Of a stretch of DNA of 64,000 nucleotides, positions 59,201 to 64,000 are shown one piece after another (position 1 is the first letter of the stretch; each line of letters begins with the position of its first letter). The stretch is from an uncultured bacterium (lineage in GTDB: Bacteria > Omnitrophota > Omnitrophia > Omnitrophales > Abzuiibacteriaceae). The position numbers were made by a program, and so were the translations under genes. Under the pieces are notes generated by a model. The model did no database searches and was not told the DNA's origin. It worked only from the letters and a program-made list of their open reading frames with translations. The stretch covers positions 160,001-224,000 of the forward strand of contig CAYLXA010000001.1 of assembly GCA_964387845.1 (NCBI GenBank), in the 5' to 3' direction.

Positions 59201-59583
59201 TTGCCGAGCATCTTGGCAGTTTTAGAACGCACGGTTTCATCTTTCTCGCGGCGCAAAAGGTGAATGAGCGGAAGAACGCATTCGGGGTCTTCGATAACGC
59301 CAAGCGCTTCAGCGGCTGCATCTCTCACTTTCGAATCAGTATCTTTCAGGCATTTAATCAAAGGTTCGACAGCCTGCCGGTCTTTTAGATGGCCTAAGAG
59401 TTCGGCAGCTTTTGTCCGGACATGTGTATCTTCATCTTTGAGCGCAGCGATAAAAACGGACACTTCACGCCGGTCGCCGATCGAAGCAAGCTGTTCCAAC
59501 GACTCCCTGCGCAGAGGCCACTCTTTGGCATGCTGAATACTATCAATCAGCTCATCAGCTGCTGTCCGTTGTGCGTTGGCCAC
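56260..59583 (-). CDS. HEAT-repeat (PBS-lyase type) protein, ~30 repeats, with C-terminal TM helix flanked by CxxC pairs
   Basis: Repeated VR.KAAEALGKIGD..A..PLI.AL.D motifs throughout. C-terminus CPSCNKATRQ...ARMLIIIGCILLPVLIGVPLMLYG...CEHCKQKF. GTG start with GGAAGGAG RBS. Confidence 0.8.
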   Translation of the reverse strand: MANAQRTAADELIDSIQHAKEWPLRRESLEQLASIGDRREVSVFIAALKDEDTHVRTKAAELLGHLKDRQAVEPLIKCLKDTDSKVRDAAAEALGVIEDPECVLPLIHLLRREKDETVRSKTAKMLGNMGALAVPPLIEILRDTNENVRKEAAWALSLIEGPAVGSLIRVLNDENDWVRHESMVVLQNIGRSAMGLLVASIKDKDPIVRAKIAEILGKIGDRKVSFPLTQLLIKDADGIVRARAAEALGQIADQKSVPQLIQSLNDSDPNVQAAAVEALGKICDQQAIDPISQLVKRSSGEVKSKAEEALKKLQEISPVELLIRAIRDSNENVRTKAVEALGKIADRKAEMPLAQALHDGHSTVRYKAAEFLGRIGDAKAIEPLIQALNDKNDNVREEIAWALAEIGVPAIPALIQALKDKNERVRNSAVTALVSIGEPTVEILIVSLKDENRYVRGKSAEALGKINTQKAVLPLIKILQDKDAIVRAKSAEALGRIGNKEAIYPVIQILGDPDQEVRAKAAETLGKIGEKDVVPLLIQALKDSDPKVRLKATEHLGQIGDPKAIEPLINALKDTNHHVRNQASWVLALIGPRAVEPLIKALSHENLRLRAQAAQILGKIGDKRATFALIDVLKTGDENVQSRAIEGLGEIGDKRAVHPLVDTLESELETVRTRVADALGKIADKRAVEPLIKTLDDKSASVRAKSAEVLGKIKDKRAIRSLVVAMKDENHLVRAKAGEAVGALGSSAVQYLLEALKDSEAAVRGKVVEVLGEIKDKHAVDPLIKILRKDPDFTVQAKAAWALGAIGGSALDGLIESSKDADNNMRIKIFEVVWKIGGKKAIICLVDAMRDPDPNVRNKVAHYLALLGDAVVPYLIPSLKEPDYTLRAKAAEILGKIGDPAACFPLIQSLKDYDSEVRAKSAEALGRIRDQRAADSLIQALSETDSTIQANAAEALGRIGDQRAVDPLMELLTHTAPSVRAKCSQALGRIGVKRAAFGLIQLLADPDATVRANAVESLGILGDTKGEGLPDMIRCPSCNKATRQIDLLHTENIRSTTARMLIIIGCILLPVLIGVPLMLYGSSLKMRKRQFWMCEHCKQKFNMNWYD

Positions 59584-59841
59584 AATGAATAAACTCCTTC
59601 CTGACGCGGATACACTTTTCTTGTGCGTCGAGAGATTTAAAGCCGGTATGGCTTAAAAATTGCAGCTAAAACGATCTACATAAAGTGTCCCATATTTTTT
59701 AAAACTTACAAAATAGGCACGGTAAGCATGATGCACGGTTTTGAGAATTGCCGGAACGGACAGGTAAAATGACTTCCTAAATGGTCAAAGGAAGTCTCGG
59801 GGCTAGAATTTCAAACGCGGGATAAAGCATTCGAGAAGAGC

Positions 59842-60204
59842 TTATCGAGCGGCTTGGATTTTGCGGATTTGGCTGATCAACTTACTACTGTCGAACGGTT
59901 TTTTAAGAAACCCTTGCGCACCTTCCAAACGAAAAACGTCTTCCATGAGCGAAGCGGTTCCTGTCATGATAATGACCGGGATTTTCTTGGCTGTTACTGA
60001 ATTGATTTTCTTGAGCGCCGTGAGACCGTCCATCTCGGGCATGATCACATCCATCACAATCAAATCCGGCGGATTAGATTCGATGACTTTCAGGCCGCCC
60101 GAAATACCGGAGGCATCTTCCACCTGGAAGCCTTCCGATGCCAGGCGCATGCTAAGCGCCATTCGCAAATCATCGTCATCGTCGATTATTAAAATACGGT
60201 TCAC
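59842..60204 (-). CDS. Response regulator, receiver domain only
   Basis: ILIIDDDDD...DLIVMDVIMPEMDG...MTGTA. Confidence 0.85.
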   Translation of the reverse strand: MNRILIIDDDDDLRMALSMRLASEGFQVEDASGISGGLKVIESNPPDLIVMDVIMPEMDGLTALKKINSVTAKKIPVIIMTGTASLMEDVFRLEGAQGFLKKPFDSSKLISQIRKIQAAR

Positions 60205-60247
60205 AATGCCCTCGTTTGAAATGATTTACGACAAATCCGAGAAAAAA

Positions 60248-60847
60248 TTAACCCGTTGATTTTGCGCTCTCTGCTTGTGTCTTTACTTTTTCTAATTGCT
60301 TCCTGACTAATTCCAAGTTGTGTTTGGCGCGTTCGTAATCGGGATTTAGCTTAGTTGCCTTCAAAAAATGCTTTTCGGCTTCCTTAAACTTCTCCTGCTG
60401 AGCAAGGATGGTGCCGTAACTGTTCTGAATTTGTGCAGATTTCGGAAACCGCTTTACAGCTTCATCATAAATTTTCAACGCATCTTCATAAAGTTCGATA
60501 CTGCCTAACGCGATACCTAAATTGTTATAGGCCTCGATATAATCGGGATTCAGTTCGATTGCTTTGCGGTAATGTTTGATCGCGTCTTGAACTTTTCCGA
60601 TTGCCACAAAAGTATTCGCTAAATTGTTGTGTGCATTCACATGATTGGGATCTTTGCGGACCGTTTCTTGATAATATTTGATCGCATCATCCATTTTACC
60701 CTGCTTAATGGCTTCGTTACCCCGGTGGTAGGATTGTTCGGCACCCCTTGGTCCGCTTGAATTGACAAGGTAAATAGTCGTGGCAAGAGCAGCAATAACC
60801 ACAATCGCGACTATAAACTTTAGAGTTGGGCTAGGCAATAATTTCAT
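60248..60847 (-). CDS. TPR repeat protein with N-terminal TM anchor
   Basis: Four TPR-like units (AIKYYQETVRKDPNHVNAHNNLANTF...). Confidence 0.75.
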   Translation of the reverse strand: MKLLPSPTLKFIVAIVVIAALATTIYLVNSSGPRGAEQSYHRGNEAIKQGKMDDAIKYYQETVRKDPNHVNAHNNLANTFVAIGKVQDAIKHYRKAIELNPDYIEAYNNLGIALGSIELYEDALKIYDEAVKRFPKSAQIQNSYGTILAQQEKFKEAEKHFLKATKLNPDYERAKHNLELVRKQLEKVKTQAESAKSTG

Positions 60848-60917
60848 ACGATAGATTTAAAAATGTCTGCATACAATAAATCGGAATAATTGGAAATGCA
60901 AGCAGAAGATGAACGGT

Positions 60918-61463
60918 TCATTTGACGCGAGCCATCAAGCTTTCTACAATCCGAATCGACGGAAGCAGCCGCAAATTACTTTTTTGCTTAATAGCTTTGA
61001 GATACCGGCTCGTTTTTCGTACGGTTTTTGGCAATTGATTGGACGCAGCGGTAGAGACATCAAGTAAATTATCATGAATGTCGGCGAGCTTGATTAATTT
61101 GACTTCATCCGGCGCGTCCCGCAGCTGCTTGGCGTATGCCGCTTCGCACTCTTCTTCCGGCAAGCGCTTGTCCTTTGACATGAGCGCCGCCCACCGGGCA
61201 ACATCGCGCCCGAAACGCTCTTCAATATCGTCAAAATCTTTGTCGGTATCTTCGATCACGTCATGCAATACCGCGGCAGCCAAAATCTTTTCATCTTTAA
61301 CACCGAATACATGCCGTAAAGTCATGCAGACGCGGAACACATGCGCCGCATAAGGTGTTTTGTTGTCTTTGCGGTATTGCCCTTCATGAGCACGTGCCGC
61401 AAGCGAAATGGCCCGCGCTAAAAGTTCAAAATTACTTTTCGCTGATTTTGATTTACGCTTCAT
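60918..61463 (-). CDS. HD domain protein, small alarmone hydrolase-like (Rel/SpoT HD hydrolase domain)
   Basis: [21 protein letters not shown]...[11 protein letters not shown]. Confidence 0.6.
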   Translation of the reverse strand: MKRKSKSAKSNFELLARAISLAARAHEGQYRKDNKTPYAAHVFRVCMTLRHVFGVKDEKILAAAVLHDVIEDTDKDFDDIEERFGRDVARWAALMSKDKRLPEEECEAAYAKQLRDAPDEVKLIKLADIHDNLLDVSTAASNQLPKTVRKTSRYLKAIKQKSNLRLLPSIRIVESLMARVK

Positions 61464-64000
61464 ACGCTAAATTGGGCGAAAGCCATTTTTCAATTTCCTT
61501 TAAATTCATCTGCTTGCGTTTCGCATAGTCAGAGGTTTGATCTTTGTCAATCCGTCCGACGGCAAAATACTTGGCCTGCGGATGTGCGAAATAAAGCCCG
61601 CTCACGGATGCGGCCGGCCACATCGCGCAGCTTTCGGTCAATTTAATGCCCGCATTTTTTTCGGCTTGCAAAAATTGAAACAGAGTGCGCTTCTCCGTGT
61701 GATCAGGGCAAGCCGGATAACCCGGCGCCGGGCGGATGCCGCGGTATTTTTCTTTGATTAAATCTTCATTTGAGAATTTTTCGTCTTTGGCATAACCCCA
61801 ATATTCTTGCCGGACCCGTTCGTGCAGCCGCTCGGCAAAAGCTTCCGCCAGCCGGTCCGCAAGCGCTTTGGTCATGATTGAATGATAATCGTCATTTTCT
61901 GACTCAAACTTTTTTACCAATGAATCTATTTTAATACCGGCCGTGACCGCAAAAACGCCAAGATAATCTTTCGCGCCGGAATTTTTTGGCGCAATAAAAT
62001 CAGAAAGCGCAAAATAAGGATCATTTTCCGATTTAAGAACCTGCGATTGCTGCCTTAAAGTATGAAAAATGGCCGCCACTTTATTCCGCTTCTCATCCTC
62101 ATAAACTTCAATATCGTCGCCCACGCTGTTGGCCGGATAAAGCGCAAATACCGCATTCGCTGCAAGCGACTTTTGTGCGATCATTTTTTGCAGGAGCCGC
62201 CCAGCATCTTCAAAAAGCTTTTTGGCTTCTTTGCCGATTACTTTGTCTTCTAAGATCTGCGGATATTTCCCTTTCAGTTCCCACGTTTGGAAAAACGGCG
62301 TCCAGTCGATGTAATTTGCGAGTTCATCCAGCGGATAATTTTTGAGAATTTTCAAACCCGGAAACGCAGGCTTCACGATTTTTGTTTTTGCCCAATCGGT
62401 TTTGAATGCACGCTCCCTGGCTTGTGAAATCGGGAGATACTTCACATCTTCTTTTTTCCCAAGGTGCTCCTTCCGGATTTTTTCGTAATCCTCTTTCTTT
62501 TCTGCCGCAAATTTCTCTTTGATCTGCGGAGCCAAAATATTCGATGCCATATTGACGCTTCGTGAAGCATCCAGCACATGGACGGTCGGGCCGCTATATT
62601 GCGGCGCAATCTTAACGGCAGTATGCGTAATCGAGGTCGTTGCACCGCCGATAAAAAGCGGCACCTTAAAGCCCTGGCGTTCCATTTCCTTGGCCACGTG
62701 CACCATTTCATCCAAACTCGGCGTAATCAGGCCGCTCAAGCCAATCACGCTCACGTTTTTTTCTTTGGCGGTTTCCAATATTTTTTCGCAAGGCGTCATG
62801 ACACCGAGATCAATGATTTCATAGTTGTTGCACGCGAGCACAACACCCACAATATTTTTTCCGATATCATGCACATCGCCCTTCACGGTTGCGAGCAGAA
62901 TTCTCCCGGCTGTTTTCGCGCCGGTTTTTTCTTTTTCTTTCTCAATGTAAGGCGTGAGAATGGAAACGGCCTTTTTCATAACACGAGCTGATTTAACCAC
63001 TTGCGGCAAAAACATCTTCCCCGATCCAAAAAGATCCCCCACAATGTTCATGCCGCTCATGAGCGGGCCTTCAATTACATCGAGAGGCTTAGGATATTTC
63101 TGACGTGCTTCCTCAACGTCTTGATCAATGTAATCCGTGATGCCGTGCACAAGCGCATGCGCAAGACGTTCTTCAACCGGCGCCTTCCGCCATTTTTCAT
63201 CCTTAACGGTAACTTTCCCCTGCTTTTTCGCAGTTTCGGCAAACTTCAAAAGCCGCTCGGTTGCATCCGGCTTTCGGTTGAGGACAACATCTTCGACAAG
63301 CCCCAAAAGATCTTTTGGAATTTCATCGTAAACGGTAATCAAACCGGCGTTCACAATTCCCATGTCCATACCGGCTTTGATTGCGTGAAATAAAAATGCC
63401 GAGTGCATGGCTTCGCGAATGCTGTTGATGCCGCGAAATGAAAACGAGAGATTGCTGATGCCGCCTGAAATATGGACAAGCGGAAAACACCTTTTAATTT
63501 CGCGTGCGGCTTCGATAAATTCCACGGCATAATTGTTGTGCTCTTCCATTCCCGTGGCAACCGTCAAAATATTCGGGTCAAAAATAATATCCTGCGGCGG
63601 AAAATGAATTTTCTCAGTCAGTAATTTGTAAGCACGCGAGCAAATTTCGATTTTACGCTTGGCCGTATCGGCCTGCCCTTTTTCATCAAATGCCATCACA
63701 ATGGCTGCGGCGCCATATTGGCGGATCTTGCGCGCTTGCTCCAAAAATTTCTCCTCACCTTCTTTGAGCGAAATTGAATTCACAACGCCTTTGCCTTGAA
63801 TACATTTCAGGCCGGCTTCGATGACAGTCCATTTGGAAGAATCGATCATGATCGGCACGCGCGCGATATCGGGTTCAGACGCTATCAGATTCAAAAATTT
63901 CGTCATCGCCGCTTCGGAATCAAGCAAACCTTCGTCAAAATTGATATCAATGATCTGCGCACCGGCCTCCACTTGCTGCCTAGCAACTTTCAAGGCTGAG
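61453..64000 (-). CDS. metH: Methionine synthase (B12-dependent), 5'-truncated by window edge
   Basis: Pterin-binding domain ([19 protein letters not shown]), B12-binding [15 protein letters not shown], and a C-terminal AdoMet-activation domain. The reading frame is open through 64000. Confidence 0.9.
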   Translation of the reverse strand, partial: SALKVARQQVEAGAQIIDINFDEGLLDSEAAMTKFLNLIASEPDIARVPIMIDSSKWTVIEAGLKCIQGKGVVNSISLKEGEEKFLEQARKIRQYGAAAIVMAFDEKGQADTAKRKIEICSRAYKLLTEKIHFPPQDIIFDPNILTVATGMEEHNNYAVEFIEAAREIKRCFPLVHISGGISNLSFSFRGINSIREAMHSAFLFHAIKAGMDMGIVNAGLITVYDEIPKDLLGLVEDVVLNRKPDATERLLKFAETAKKQGKVTVKDEKWRKAPVEERLAHALVHGITDYIDQDVEEARQKYPKPLDVIEGPLMSGMNIVGDLFGSGKMFLPQVVKSARVMKKAVSILTPYIEKEKEKTGAKTAGRILLATVKGDVHDIGKNIVGVVLACNNYEIIDLGVMTPCEKILETAKEKNVSVIGLSGLITPSLDEMVHVAKEMERQGFKVPLFIGGATTSITHTAVKIAPQYSGPTVHVLDASRSVNMASNILAPQIKEKFAAEKKEDYEKIRKEHLGKKEDVKYLPISQARERAFKTDWAKTKIVKPAFPGLKILKNYPLDELANYIDWTPFFQTWELKGKYPQILEDKVIGKEAKKLFEDAGRLLQKMIAQKSLAANAVFALYPANSVGDDIEVYEDEKRNKVAAIFHTLRQQSQVLKSENDPYFALSDFIAPKNSGAKDYLGVFAVTAGIKIDSLVKKFESENDDYHSIMTKALADRLAEAFAERLHERVRQEYWGYAKDEKFSNEDLIKEKYRGIRPAPGYPACPDHTEKRTLFQFLQAEKNAGIKLTESCAMWPAASVSGLYFAHPQAKYFAVGRIDKDQTSDYAKRKQMNLKEIEKWLSPNLAYEA

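Noticed and set aside
56260-59583. Tandem DNA repeats or a CRISPR-like array within the HEAT gene
   Set aside because: The periodicity is at the protein level (HEAT repeats of ~31 aa with divergent codons), inside a continuous ORF.

Overview
This is a gene-dense bacterial window of about 50% GC, most likely from an uncultivated lineage (inference). Nearly all genes are on the minus strand.

Contents in window order:
- rfbA 3' partial, an MscS-family channel, and a purU with an extra N-terminal HTH domain.
- A 9.35-kb single ORF (3933-13286, minus strand) encoding a 3117-aa secreted multidomain giant protein.
- A divergent DUF318-type permease.
- A roughly 12-kb minus-strand type IV pilus / type II secretion-like operon: sensor kinase, two CheY-like receivers, GspE/PilB, GspF/PilC, GspG-like pilin, three minor pseudopilins, a PilX-like protein, a PilM-PilN fusion and a PilO/PilP-like protein. 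No secretin is present in the window.
- tRNA-Asp, then a housekeeping block: nnr, pdxJ, cdaA-ybbR, ruvCAB, yebC, folP, ftsH, tilS, aroD and a tRNA with anticodon CAT.
- Assorted metabolic and hypothetical genes, a PAS histidine kinase, pepF, an ECF sigma / anti-sigma / periplasmic repeat-protein trio, tpx, orn and cyaY.
- A SWIB-domain gene, a 1107-aa HEAT-repeat membrane-anchored protein next to REC, TPR and small HD (alarmone-hydrolase-like) genes, and a 5'-truncated metH.

No CRISPR array, integrase or transposase was seen.

The main candidate for novelty is the giant ORF. It carries an exact pentapeptide RSELR at least seven times, plus KSELR, SSELR and RSELE variants, spread from residue ~56 to 13 residues before the C-terminus. 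Each copy uses different synonymous codons. It also has two methyltransferase-like glycine-rich motifs, a Pol-beta-type nucleotidyltransferase motif and a single mid-protein transmembrane helix. The simplest hypotheses are an envelope-spanning polyprotein or modular enzyme processed or docked at the RSELR sites.

Other second-look items:
- An inverted triple-heptamer element upstream of pdxJ.
- The HTH-PurU fusion.
- A 488-bp structured non-coding gap.
- Zinc-ribbon + TM architectures in the HEAT-repeat protein and in a TPR protein.
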